Shown piece by piece: positions 10,343 to 20,250 of a DNA stretch of 64,000 nt (its first letter is position 1; every line of letters begins with the position of its first letter). The stretch is from a virus. The notes beneath the pieces are model-generated. The model had not been told where the DNA came from and searched no databases. It saw only the letters and a program-made list of their open reading frames with translations. Location of the stretch: positions 34,281 to 98,280 of the IMG/VR virus record IMGVR_UViG_3300013947_000002. One strand, given 5' to 3'. Made by a program: the position numbers and the translations under genes.

Positions 10343-10649
10343 TTATATCCGGCGCGAGGATCTGATGGCCGCACGGGAACAAGCGATTCGTGTGTATGAA
10401 AATGCAAATATTTTCAATGCCGCCGCAATCCGAGAAGATTTAAGACCGCTTCTGGATGCTGTTGTCGACGTACCCGCTGCAAATATTACAGAGATTATCC
10501 ATTGTAAAGATTGTGCCTATTTTCATCCATATCCATTTGAGCCCGAGTATGGCAGTTGCAAATATCATCTTGACCCCGACTTACAATGGGAAGAAAAGAA
10601 AGAAACGGACTACTGTAGTGATGCAGAGAGGTTAGAAGATGAAGATTGA
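10335..10649 (+). CDS. Small hypothetical protein
   Basis: IIHCKDCAYFHP motif related to the preceding gene. Confidence 0.5.
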   Translation: MADYIRREDLMAAREQAIRVYENANIFNAAAIREDLRPLLDAVVDVPAANITEIIHCKDCAYFHPYPFEPEYGSCKYHLDPDLQWEEKKETDYCSDAERLEDED

Positions 10650-11139
10650 AAGAATCTGGGCAATGCCGAACAAATGGACTTTTAGTATTAAGCCAATTGC
10701 ACAGTTGCTTAGAGATGAAATTGGCGATGGTCTATGGGTCGACCCGTTTGCTGGCGAAATGTCTCCGGCTCAAATTACAAACGACCTGAACCCAGAACGG
10801 CCAACAACATACCATATGGACGCGCTTGATTTTCTAAAGATGTTTGACGGTAATTCCATAGACGGGATTCTATATGATCCGCCATATTCCCCAAGGCAGG
10901 TTAAGGAATGCTATGATGGTATTGGTGGCGAGTTGAAATGGGATGGCCGGACAAACTTTTGGAGCGATACAAAGAACGAATGTGCGCGTATTCTAAAGTT
11001 AAACGGTAAGATTATTTGTTTTGGTTGGAACAGCATGGGGCTTGGAAAAAATCGCGGCTTTGAGATGACAAGGATTTTGCTTGTACCTCATGGTGGGAGT
11101 CGTAATGATACAATCTGTACAGTTGAGGTTAAGTGTTAA
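10639..11139 (+). CDS. DNA methyltransferase-like protein
   Basis: WVDPFAGEMSPAQITNDLNP and ILYDPPYSPRQVKECY. Confidence 0.75.
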   Translation: MKIERIWAMPNKWTFSIKPIAQLLRDEIGDGLWVDPFAGEMSPAQITNDLNPERPTTYHMDALDFLKMFDGNSIDGILYDPPYSPRQVKECYDGIGGELKWDGRTNFWSDTKNECARILKLNGKIICFGWNSMGLGKNRGFEMTRILLVPHGGSRNDTICTVEVKC

Positions 11140-11266
11140 TGTGGACAAAATTCAAACGATGGCTAATTCGAAAGCTGGGCGGCTTTGCTGATGGATATAG
11201 GGTGCCTGATGAATGTAAGGAGAAGGTAAAGAAAGTGATTGAGAAATGAAAGGAGAGTAAAGATAA

Positions 11267-11530
11267 ATGAAACGGATTGCAATTATCATCAGCATGATTT
11301 TTTGTGTATTGCTTGGTGCTTGTAGCGTCACTATGGTAAATGCAGAACAAAACAGACCGGTTAAAATTTGGGCTGAAAATAGCAATGGATCTTACGATGT
11401 TTGTATTGTCGTAGATGAAACTACTGGCGTGAATTATATTGTTGTTGGCGGAGATATGTATCAACGCCCAAGAGGAACTGCAATCACTCCTAGACTAAAC
11501 GAGGATGGTACGCTATATGTTAGTAAATGA
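11267..11530 (+). CDS. Small secreted hypothetical protein
   Basis: Signal-peptide-like N-terminus MKRIAIIISMIFCVLLGAC (lipobox-like LGAC). Confidence 0.5.
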   Translation: MKRIAIIISMIFCVLLGACSVTMVNAEQNRPVKIWAENSNGSYDVCIVVDETTGVNYIVVGGDMYQRPRGTAITPRLNEDGTLYVSK

Positions 11531-11840
11531 TAAAATTATTACATCGGTATGTGATGGTTGCTTAAATTGGCACATCTGCAAATTTAGCGACGATGTGAAG
11601 CGCGCCGAGATTGAGTACAGAAAGATGCAGGAGGGCGCAAATTGGCCTGAATGTGTAGAAACGACGCTAGGATGTAAGCATAAGCAATGTGTAAGTAACC
11701 AGTGGTTGTATGACATCGGTAGATAGCACAACGACAAAAGCTGAATATATGCCGTCTGATTATACAAAATACGTTAATTATGATGATGACGATATTCATG
11801 ATATTTTAGACGGATATAGTAAGGCTCGTTATAAATAAAA

Positions 11841-11896
11841 TAAAAAATCTGCCCCAAAACCCTATATATGTAGGGAATGAAATGGGGCAGATTTTT
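11841..11896. terminator. Bidirectional rho-independent terminator between convergent genes
   Basis: AAAAAATCTGCCCC ... GGGGCAGATTTTT. Confidence 0.85.
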
Positions 11897-12938
11897 ATTG
11901 CTTATTGCGCTCATTTTTAATCAGGTCTTTGAGTTTATCTGGTTGCGCAGGATTCATGTTAATATCAACGAACTCGCGCCGCTCTTTGCCAGTGATACAA
12001 CTGAGCTGACTGGTCTGAATAATCTTAACACAAGCCTCTTTATTGATTTTTTCAAAGCTAGGATAATGCTCATAGACATCTAAGAGCCGGTTGGCAATCC
12101 ATTCTTTAGTGGCTGGCTTAATGACATACACCTCTTTCACAAGGTCGTATTTGCCGCCAAACGCCTCTTTGGTCAGTTCGCCAAGTCGCGCCTCAAATTT
12201 ATTATATAGCTCTTGACTGACATATGGCTTATATACCTTGTTGTCAACAACTTTGCCCCAATTTGGTGGCATAATCTCAGAAACAGCCTTGGAATGAATG
12301 GCTAGGCACGTCTGATGGTCTACGCTGTCTTCAGGCACGTCATGGGTGGCCATATACTCCTCACCGTTTTTATTGGTTTTGAGTTTATAGAGCCGGTAAC
12401 CGCGATTTAGGTCGATGACGTAACGGTTCTTCATAGTCAGCAATTTGCGCCTAGTCCATTGAGCAAGGATATTGTATACTATACCATTGACTATGCCCAT
12501 GTATCCATAACGCTCTGAATCTGAGACGGCTTGACTGTAGGTATAATTAAAATTATCATTGACCTCTTGGAACATCCTGAGCAGATTGCTGGTCGAAGCA
12601 TAAATGGTGGCACAGTTAGTCTTGAGGAAGATCTGGTAAAGGGCGGCTTCAAATGCGGCCTGATACGAGTCTTTGTCTAGCTCATTGATAAGAGAATCAG
12701 CCTCTGGATAGACTTCTTGGACAATATAGCGGGTCGGATATGAATTAGGCACAATATCAAGTTGGCAATAGTTGCGAATTTTATCAAGTTGATAGGAGCG
12801 AGAATTTCCGTTTTTTGGTGGAATATCAACTGCAGCACATAACTCTGAATATTTTAATTCGCGCCCTTCTATACCGACTAGAGCGTCAATTAGTTTATTA
12901 TCTTCATTGGACGGCAGATATTTTGATTTGTTTGGCAT
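11895..12938 (-). CDS. Hypothetical protein with N-terminal DNA-binding-like region; possible replication/partition regulator
   Basis: 347-aa ORF from MPNKSKYLPSNED with RBS GGAAATAAT; isolated minus-strand gene next to the AT-rich region. Confidence 0.55.
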   Translation of the reverse strand: MPNKSKYLPSNEDNKLIDALVGIEGRELKYSELCAAVDIPPKNGNSRSYQLDKIRNYCQLDIVPNSYPTRYIVQEVYPEADSLINELDKDSYQAAFEAALYQIFLKTNCATIYASTSNLLRMFQEVNDNFNYTYSQAVSDSERYGYMGIVNGIVYNILAQWTRRKLLTMKNRYVIDLNRGYRLYKLKTNKNGEEYMATHDVPEDSVDHQTCLAIHSKAVSEIMPPNWGKVVDNKVYKPYVSQELYNKFEARLGELTKEAFGGKYDLVKEVYVIKPATKEWIANRLLDVYEHYPSFEKINKEACVKIIQTSQLSCITGKERREFVDINMNPAQPDKLKDLIKNERNKQ

Positions 12939-12971
12939 ATTATTTCCTTTCTGTAACAATTTTGTAATGTT

Positions 12972-13048
12972 GGGACGTTCGTGGGTCTCCACTGGGACTT
13001 TGCGTGACGCTTTTATAGAAATACTATATTAGTATCAGCGAACGTCCC
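12972..13048. repeat. Spaced 10-bp inverted repeat GGGACGTTCG ... CGAACGTCCC upstream of the 11895-12938 gene
   Basis: Arms 12972-12981 and 13039-13048. Confidence 0.7.
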
Positions 13049-13429
13049 AGTCCGCCCCATTATCTAATTATACTATATTTTGATTGGCTATTTGTTAATA
13101 AATTGTAAATTATGTCATAGATTATTGGATTTACCGATTAAGTAAAATAGCAATCGTTATAAGGTGTGTGGTTTGATTTATTTTTTTTATCATGCTTTAC
13201 AGGGTATGTGATTTGTAGTGCTACATACCATTTTCATCCATTTTTACCAGTTTCATCCATATCCCAGCCCCCGTCCTGGAAAATGCTGGCATCTTGAAAA
13301 ACACCTGAAAATAGCACTTTGCAGGCGTATCGGCGAAGTTGTCCACTTTTCCACAGGTTTATCCACAAGTTGCCAAGTGGTAACTCAAAAATCCAGATTC
13401 TGGTATCAAAATCGATATCCAAAATTTTG

Positions 13430-14030
13430 ATATATAACGCGTGTTATATTACACGGATCGCATTTTTAGTAAACACAATTCACCTATTTACTCCAAGTAA
13501 ATACCTATTACCATCATATAAATAATTATTATATCCACGTCAATAAACATTTACTTAAAATAAACATATACTATATCCTGCAATATAACCTAATATACCG
13601 CACTAGATGTTATACTATTGTAACTATTGTAATAAGTATATCATATCACTATTTTTATCAATACAATATATCGATAAAAAGTTAGTATAGTCAATATCGA
13701 TATAAATATACTGATTGATAACAAGAATCATTCTCATATGTATAATAATACAGTATATACATAGCATACTCATAGTCAATAGCGCACATTCTAACTTTTT
13801 TATAGTATAATGGCCGCCTTTACCTATAAAACAGTGAATATTGTAACTGTATAAAAACTGTATAACGGAATAAAAAGATCAGGCATATAAAAACACGCCT
13901 GCACATAAAAACGGCATCACAGGACTATTATAGCTTTTTGTCCAGTCCAGCTATCATATACTATATAAATAAGAGATAGCCGTTAGTCAATTTATACAAT
14001 TCAAACGCTTGTAATTTGTGCAAAATGTAC
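13430..14030. other. Long AT-rich noncoding region, candidate replication origin
   Basis: No convincing ORF; many TATAnTATA and TATCGATA-like words. Confidence 0.3.
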
Positions 14031-14230
14031 TATTGACTTTTGCAGCGTTCTGGTATATCATATCGCAGCAGTGACGCGGGGAAGGCCGGCGAAATATCCG
14101 GCAAACCGCTAAAATAAACAAAACAATCACTTAAAAATTTTACAATATGCCGATTGACAAAAAGAAATTTATCGGATATACTCAAGGCACGATAAACAAC
14201 TACAACAAAACATTTTAGGAGGAACAAAAA

Positions 14231-14623
14231 ATGAAAATCACTGTAAAATCTTTTGAGCCGCAAGAAAACATGAACGCTTACATCAGGGACCAGGAAGCAA
14301 AGCATCTTTGCAAGGGATTCAAGGCTATAGCAATCGACGGGGAAAAACTGGTAGAACTGGTAGATTTGAGAATCGGTGCAACCGCATCAACTGCATATGC
14401 TTGCGTATGGTTCAAAGGCGCGGATAAGTGGGCATACGGTTCTGGCAAGGCTTCCGGCTATGGATACGATAAGGGGAGCGCCGCTGTTGAATCAGCCTTC
14501 CGTGCTGCTGGCATGGTAACTTCTGGTTTCGGCGGTACTGGATGCAATCGAGAGGCTGTGCAAGCTGCCGGGGAATATCTGTCAAACGAAAAGCCCGTGT
14601 TCGTCGTAGAATTTTACGGATAA
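14231..14623 (+). CDS. Hypothetical protein
   Basis: RBS AGGAGG; promoter TTGACA-N17-TATACT upstream; 130-aa ORF. Confidence 0.7.
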   Translation: MKITVKSFEPQENMNAYIRDQEAKHLCKGFKAIAIDGEKLVELVDLRIGATASTAYACVWFKGADKWAYGSGKASGYGYDKGSAAVESAFRAAGMVTSGFGGTGCNREAVQAAGEYLSNEKPVFVVEFYG

Positions 14624-14710
14624 ACATTTCCGCGCGGTTTCTTAAGGGTTTCCGCTCAAAAAGCCCTATTCCATGAACAAAAATTTTATAAAAATTTGGA
14701 GGAATTTACA

Positions 14711-14992
14711 ATGAAGTTTTATCAAGTAAAGCACGAGGCCGACAACAAAAAACTTGACAAAAATTGGAATATTTTTGTCGGCGGCGAACTGTTTACCGAA
14801 AAAGAGATGGAAAAATATGGTAGACGGTGGGCAGATAGAAATAACTATGACCGGAATCGAGAAATGGCATACACAAAAAGACAACGTGAACTTTTTATGG
14901 AACATTTTATTGAACGAGAAATTCCAAAAAACAAGACTTTTTGGATGTTTGGTGCGCGTTTCCCGTTCAAAGAATATAAACTGGAGGCGTGA
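14711..14992 (+). CDS. Hypothetical protein
   Basis: RBS GGAGG before MKFYQVKHEAD. Confidence 0.55.
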   Translation: MKFYQVKHEADNKKLDKNWNIFVGGELFTEKEMEKYGRRWADRNNYDRNREMAYTKRQRELFMEHFIEREIPKNKTFWMFGARFPFKEYKLEA

Positions 14993-14994
14993 CC

Positions 14995-15111
14995 ATGAAA
15001 AGAAAAAAGTTAAACCCGGTTTACTGGGCATTTCAAATTTTGGGCGGCATGATTGCATTTACTAGCATTTTCTGGATTCCTGCGCTTGTCTGTAAAATTT
15101 TAGGAGGTTGA
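14995..15111 (+). CDS. Small transmembrane protein (38 aa)
   Basis: MKRKKLNPVYWAFQILGGMIAFTSIFWIPALVCKILGG. Confidence 0.45.
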   Translation: MKRKKLNPVYWAFQILGGMIAFTSIFWIPALVCKILGG

Positions 15112-15115
15112 CGTA

Positions 15116-15328
15116 ATGAAAAGATTCGTTCTCGAATATGCACATTTTGAAAAATCACGTCCGCGTGAGTATATGCCGGAGTGCGGACGCATTTTACATA
15201 ATAAGGAATTGGACAAAATTGAATATTCATATATCCGTGGATATATCACGGAATCGGAAGCGGTAAAAATGATTTTGGAATCAGAAAGTAAAATCATTAA
15301 AGAATTACAGAAAGTAGGTTTAATGTGA
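15116..15328 (+). CDS. Hypothetical protein
   Basis: RBS AGGAGG before MKRFVLEYAHFEK. Confidence 0.5.
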   Translation: MKRFVLEYAHFEKSRPREYMPECGRILHNKELDKIEYSYIRGYITESEAVKMILESESKIIKELQKVGLM

Positions 15329-15549
15329 TGCACACTGTAAAATATTGGGATAAAAAATTGCTTGCCTTGCAGAGTCTCGCGGACTCCGTAGGATATGATA
15401 TTGACAACGACGCGGACTATATAGCCGCTTGCGCTTGCCAACCTGCAACGTTTGCGGAGTTTTGTAGAATGAAATACCCGCGCCCGGAGATTTTACCACT
15501 TTTTTACAACGTGGTCGAGCGTGTTCAATCTGTTAAAAATTGTAAATAA
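15325..15549 (+). CDS. Hypothetical protein
   Basis: ATG overlaps upstream stop. Confidence 0.5.
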   Translation: MMHTVKYWDKKLLALQSLADSVGYDIDNDADYIAACACQPATFAEFCRMKYPRPEILPLFYNVVERVQSVKNCK

Positions 15550-15565
15550 TATGGAGGAAATTACC

Positions 15566-15970
15566 ATGGAAAGAACTACCAATTTTATGAACCGTATCCG
15601 TACCATTGCCAGAAAAAATCAGTTCCAGTATATGGTACTTGACAATTATGAAATCCCAGCCGTGCGCTTTACACCGTCCGACTACTGGGAAAAATCGGAA
15701 ATTGTAAGCAAACTGAGAAAAACTGGGAAATACCACGTCGAAGAATCCAGATATGACTATACTTGCTACAATGAGTTTTGCGGAACCGTGTTAGTATTTG
15801 ATGCACGGCAGTATGCCGACTGGCGAGCGTTTCAGGATCGGCGTTCTCTGCTTATCGATTCCTTTTTCCTTGCGAGGCGGCACGGCTCCGATGCCTATGG
15901 TAAAAAATGCCAAGAACACTATGCTCGGCGCAAGGGCATGATGCAGGAGTTTAACAGCATATACGCCTGA
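15566..15970 (+). CDS. Hypothetical protein
   Basis: GGAGG before MERTTNFMNRIRTIARK. Confidence 0.55.
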   Translation: MERTTNFMNRIRTIARKNQFQYMVLDNYEIPAVRFTPSDYWEKSEIVSKLRKTGKYHVEESRYDYTCYNEFCGTVLVFDARQYADWRAFQDRRSLLIDSFFLARRHGSDAYGKKCQEHYARRKGMMQEFNSIYA

Positions 15971-16034
15971 GACGTCATACGCCGCCCGTAGCAAACCGAA
16001 CAAGGAAAACGATAAACTATAGCCAGACGCGCTG

Positions 16035-16136
16035 AAAAACCCGTGCGGAGGCGCTGAGGGCGTGAGACAAAAAAGGACGGCGAGAACATAAAACGGAATA
16101 CAGATATAAACCCTCAGCGCCTCCGCACGGGTTTTT
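16035..16136 (+). terminator. Perfect 26-bp inverted repeat (AAAAACCCGTGCGGAGGCGCTGAGGG / CCCTCAGCGCCTCCGCACGGGTTTTT) with 50-nt loop; terminator or structured RNA
   Basis: Arms 16035-16060 and 16111-16136, T-rich 3' end. Confidence 0.7.
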
Positions 16137-16257
16137 CTTTGCTCCCCTATGTTCCTATATCCCGGCATAGTTCGCACCGTGTAAAGCCGCCAGAGCCGTC
16201 ATAATGGCATTGTACAATATGCCTAAAATGGACGACCATTTTTTATGCAATTTTTTG

Positions 16258-16286
16258 TTGACATATGGCGCACGATCTGCTATAAT
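16258..16286 (+). promoter_or_regulatory. Perfect consensus promoter TTGACA-N17-TATAAT without a convincing downstream ORF
   Basis: TTGACA 16258-16263, TATAAT 16281-16286. Confidence 0.8.
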
Positions 16287-16292
16287 CAAAGT

Positions 16293-16440
16293 GACCTAGG
16301 GAAGCACCTATGAGGAGGGGGAGGTCGACCATGAGTTAAAGGCGTTTAACTGAATTACCAGCGGCTTCCAATCACCAGATTTTCCCAGCTATGCTTTAGC
16401 CAAGTGAAGCAATAAATCGAGGCGAAAAATCCTCACGCAT
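16293..16440 (+). ncRNA. Candidate small noncoding transcript
   Basis: Follows consensus promoter; hairpins GACCT...AGGTC and GTTAAA-GGCG-TTTAAC; only ORF start is ATG AGT TAA. Confidence 0.35.
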
Positions 16441-17323
16441 ATGACCTTACAATTTTTCACATTTTCCCCAGCAATATACAGTACATATACCTGCTCGGCG
16501 CGGCAAAAATCGAGCAGGGTTTTTTCGTGTACGCGTGTGTGGATTAGGCCAAGCGGATTTCCCCCAGTAATATATGCGTATATATGATTGCGGCGCGGCG
16601 CAGGGACGGCTCAGGACAGGCGTGGAGGCTCGAATCGACCGTGGGCATAATCTGCCTAGGGTGGATGTAAACATGGCTCAAATCGGCACGAGCTGGCTGT
16701 GGTGGCTATGATATAATCTTGACGTAATCTGCGCTTAAAACTCGCCTATCTCATATCGGCGCAAAAAGCAAAATCTTGTGTTATCCATTCAGAACTCGGA
16801 ATAAATGACAACAACACATTATTTTACGACGGAAAAATGTGTGAATGTATAAAAATCTCCTACGAAAAAGTGTCATATGTGTGTGAATATTCATATGAAA
16901 AATGTGATTAGTGCAACTTTCATACTAATATAAATCGTGATATGTGCAAGAAAGTATGGTGATGTATATATGCGCATTGCCGATAAATACATATATCTAC
17001 GTCATGCGTATTGCTATCTGCATCATTTATGTGCATGATGATGTAGATGTATATGCATATGAATATGTGAATGGATATGCAGATGGATATATAACGTGTG
17101 TTATATATAGGTGAATATTTATGTATGTACGAGCCGGAAATTTGAAATCCGTCTGCGAGATTGTATATATGAATGGAAAATCGAAACTCAAAATCGAGAT
17201 TGATATTTTGCTTACATACATACAAGCCCTAGAATTAAAATTGATTTTTCTACTTGACAAATGAAATCAAATATGCTATATATATATATATACGAGCCAC
17301 AGATTTGGAGAGGAGAAACGAAA

Positions 17324-18091
17324 ATGAAAAATGAGATTCGATATATCATTGCAGGAATTGGATTGGCTGTAATTGGATTTACTGCTTGTGGCGCATTTGT
17401 CTATCAGCAAATCAATGAATATAATGCCATGATGGATGAACGAGCCGCAAAATCAAAGCCGGTATCCTATTCAATTAAATGTGTGCCGATTGATGTACAA
17501 GAGCCGGTTGGCGCAACTGAAATCGAATATCTGCCATCCGATGATGATGATATAGGTATAGTCGAGATGGAGACTGTAGTCACCGAGGTTGAGCCTGAGC
17601 CTGAGCAGCAGATTGAAGAATCAGAATCGGATTATGTCTATGTGCCGCCATTTCATTTGACAGAATACGAGACATGGTTTGTTGAATGTGTGGTAGCTGG
17701 TGAGGCTGCTGGTGAGCCGTATAAGGGTAAACTGGCCGTTGCTCAGTGCTATTTTGACGCAATGCTGAAGGACGGCTTGTCAGCCACAGAAGTAAAATCG
17801 GCATATGGATATAGTGGCTGGAATGAAAATCTGGATAAGCAAGACCCCAAAGCATATGATGAGGTTAAAAATGCTGTAGCCGATGTGTTCTATGGCGGCA
17901 AATTTGTAACTGATAAACCGATTTTATATTTCTATGCACCCGCATATGGTCGTAGTGATTGGCATGAAGCTCAGGAATATTGGAAAAGTATTGCTAACCA
18001 TAAGTTCTTTTACCTTGCTGAAGATGTAAATGCAGAATGGACAAATATCCTCTTGACAAATGTAAATGAATATGATATGATTGAGCCGTGA
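17324..18091 (+). CDS. Membrane-anchored cell wall hydrolase (SleB/Hydrolase_2-like)
   Basis: N-terminal TM helix; WFVECVVAGEAAGEPYKGKLAVAQCYFDAM...FYAP; RBS GGAGAGG. Confidence 0.8.
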   Translation: MKNEIRYIIAGIGLAVIGFTACGAFVYQQINEYNAMMDERAAKSKPVSYSIKCVPIDVQEPVGATEIEYLPSDDDDIGIVEMETVVTEVEPEPEQQIEESESDYVYVPPFHLTEYETWFVECVVAGEAAGEPYKGKLAVAQCYFDAMLKDGLSATEVKSAYGYSGWNENLDKQDPKAYDEVKNAVADVFYGGKFVTDKPILYFYAPAYGRSDWHEAQEYWKSIANHKFFYLAEDVNAEWTNILLTNVNEYDMIEP

Positions 18092-18106
18092 GAGGTGAAT
18101 TGAGAT

Positions 18107-18592
18107 ATGGATTTTGAGTATATGAAAAAATGTTTCCCAAATTATACCTATAATATGTGGTGCGGTAATGAGCCAAAGAATCACGCGCCGTGCGTTAATG
18201 GCGATGAATTTGACAATTATGAGGATATGTCAACGCCAAATCAGGGTTTCTGTCAGGCGTATCATGGCGAGTGCATCAATGGTGAATGGTCTTTTGAACC
18301 ATATAGAATTTTCGTATCTAATACGCGCCAATTCGATAATAATTATCATCTTGGTATCATGTATAATGTTGGCGATTTGGAATCGTATTGGCTCTATGAG
18401 AATTGGAATGGTAAATGCGAGCTTAAGACGACAACGAGTTGTAAGAAGTTACCTTATGTATCTGAATCCAAACTGCGCAGAATTTTGAATCCAAAGACAG
18501 AGCCTAAATCAATCGCATATACAATGTTTATCACTAAAGCAAGAGAGTTATTTGAGCTTGGAGATTGGAAAGGGGAATATAGAGATTTATGA
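18107..18592 (+). CDS. Hypothetical protein
   Basis: 161-aa ORF, compactly arranged. Confidence 0.6.
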   Translation: MDFEYMKKCFPNYTYNMWCGNEPKNHAPCVNGDEFDNYEDMSTPNQGFCQAYHGECINGEWSFEPYRIFVSNTRQFDNNYHLGIMYNVGDLESYWLYENWNGKCELKTTTSCKKLPYVSESKLRRILNPKTEPKSIAYTMFITKARELFELGDWKGEYRDL

Positions 18593-19026
18593 TTAAATTA
18601 AAAGAGCCATATGTCTATTATGATGACACAAACGATGTATTGTATATTTACGACGGAAAGACAGAGGTTGCGCAAATTGAACAGCCCCAATTTGATTTGA
18701 AATATGTCGCAGAATCACTTGGATGTGAGATAGAAAATTCGGCTGTTGTTAGTCAGAATCGAGAATTGGTCAAAATCGAACCATCTGGGATTTGTAGATT
18801 GTCTAAACCAGTTGCAGAAATTGACGGTCGTCATGTTTTGTGGTATAGGTTTGCTGGTGAAGAATATAAGGTCGTAGAGGCTTTTACGGATGAGAATGGC
18901 GAATTTGTAATGTTTGACGTTGGGAATGTGGATTCAAATATAGTTGAGACCGTGTATTTTGTGAATGTGAAAGCTGAATGCTATCTGCGCGATTGCTTAA
19001 TTGATGAGGGTGATAATGATGATTGA
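18589..19026 (+). CDS. Hypothetical protein
   Basis: 145-aa ORF overlapping upstream stop. Confidence 0.6.
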   Translation: MIKLKEPYVYYDDTNDVLYIYDGKTEVAQIEQPQFDLKYVAESLGCEIENSAVVSQNRELVKIEPSGICRLSKPVAEIDGRHVLWYRFAGEEYKVVEAFTDENGEFVMFDVGNVDSNIVETVYFVNVKAECYLRDCLIDEGDNDD

Positions 19027-19399
19027 ATTTCTTGCTGATAATTATGAAGTCTGGAATGGGCATTTTATATTTCCGGATAAAGTGTATGAAAAATTACAAC
19101 GTGTTCAGGCTTATTGCGATGGGATTAAGCCGGTCGCATATTGTAGTGAGGCGATGGGCAAACTGATATTTGATATGAAATATGGAGATGAGCAAAAGAA
19201 ATGGCAAGGATTTACTATTAGAATGGATAAGCGTCTTCCATTCTCTTATATCATCATATATTGCAAAAGAAAAAGTTGGAGAACGAAGAATCTTATTGTG
19301 TGGGATGAGGTTGTCCAATTTGGTGATTGCTCAGACAGAGAAAAAGAAACTGTCTCGCGCATTCTTTTGAGGAACCTGAAAGAGGGTGTTTGCTTATGA
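19019..19399 (+). CDS. Hypothetical protein
   Basis: ORF from MIEFLADNYEVWNGHFIF. Confidence 0.55.
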   Translation: MIEFLADNYEVWNGHFIFPDKVYEKLQRVQAYCDGIKPVAYCSEAMGKLIFDMKYGDEQKKWQGFTIRMDKRLPFSYIIIYCKRKSWRTKNLIVWDEVVQFGDCSDREKETVSRILLRNLKEGVCL

Positions 19400-19785
19400 G
19401 CATTGAATTTTCTATTTCATCTGGCATTCCCATTGCTATTTCTGGCGTAGGATATGTATACGATGAATACGACATTGAGATTGGTAGATTCTTAGTTGAT
19501 TCTACATCAAGAATGAATGCGCCTCAATATTTCTTTTTGCATACACATGGTAATATTGACATATGGGAATCTGCTAATTATTTCGAAGATTGTATCCCAG
19601 AGCCAGATATGTTAGAATGCTTTACAGACAAAATCAAGATTGTAATGGATGTTATTAGCGCGGTCAATGTTGATTGGGTGATTGATGGATTTGAACTCCT
19701 CAAAGAAGGAGCTAAAATTGGTGAATTGACGTTTTGGTATTCTAAATGTGAGAAAGGAATATATAGGATTGAATCTAATGGATGA
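19396..19785 (+). CDS. Hypothetical protein
   Basis: ORF from MSIEFSISSGIPIAIS, ATGA overlap. Confidence 0.55.
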   Translation: MSIEFSISSGIPIAISGVGYVYDEYDIEIGRFLVDSTSRMNAPQYFFLHTHGNIDIWESANYFEDCIPEPDMLECFTDKIKIVMDVISAVNVDWVIDGFELLKEGAKIGELTFWYSKCEKGIYRIESNG

Positions 19786-20053
19786 TGGTGTTTATAAAAT
19801 CCAAAATCTTGACGATGTTGAAATCAAAAAGATTGATGACGTTGATGCAGGATATATATATCCACTTAAGCGCGGCGACATCATTGACGTGTTCAAACCC
19901 GCTATCAAATGTAAATTGAAGCCAGACCAAATCTGGTCTGAATATCCTATGCTCAAATGCATCTCGCGTATTTATGAACGGCATAAGTGGTGGCAATTTT
20001 GGAAATGGGGCAAGGTGATTGGATATCAAATGATGTATATTGGAAAGGATTAA
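19775..20053 (+). CDS. Hypothetical protein
   Basis: ORF MMVFIKSKI/LNLMDDGVYKIQNLDDVEIKK in compact array. Confidence 0.45.
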   Translation, partial: LMDDGVYKIQNLDDVEIKKIDDVDAGYIYPLKRGDIIDVFKPAIKCKLKPDQIWSEYPMLKCISRIYERHKWWQFWKWGKVIGYQMMYIGKD

Positions 20054-20070
20054 AAGGGAAAGAAATACAG

Positions 20071-20250
20071 ATGAAGATTGTAGTAGACGAAATGCCAGCC
20101 TATCCCTATGAATGTCGCAATTGTTGTCTTGAAGGCGACATGGAATTTCATAATTGGGTATGTCTGGTTGGTGAAGAAAAGCACGTCTGTAAAAATGTAA
20201 AGGATTGCCCGTATTTTATTGGATTGGATGAGGTATTGAAAAATGATTGA
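20071..20250 (+). CDS. Small Cys-rich protein
   Basis: YECRNCCLEGDMEFHNWVCLVGEEKHVCKNVKDCPYF. Confidence 0.5.
   Translation: MKIVVDEMPAYPYECRNCCLEGDMEFHNWVCLVGEEKHVCKNVKDCPYFIGLDEVLKND

Noticed and set aside
16920-17260. Minus-strand ORFs 16920-17225 and 17027-17260 as genes
   Set aside because: Low-complexity YIYI/HIHI-type translations of an alternating purine-pyrimidine tract; no motif or RBS.
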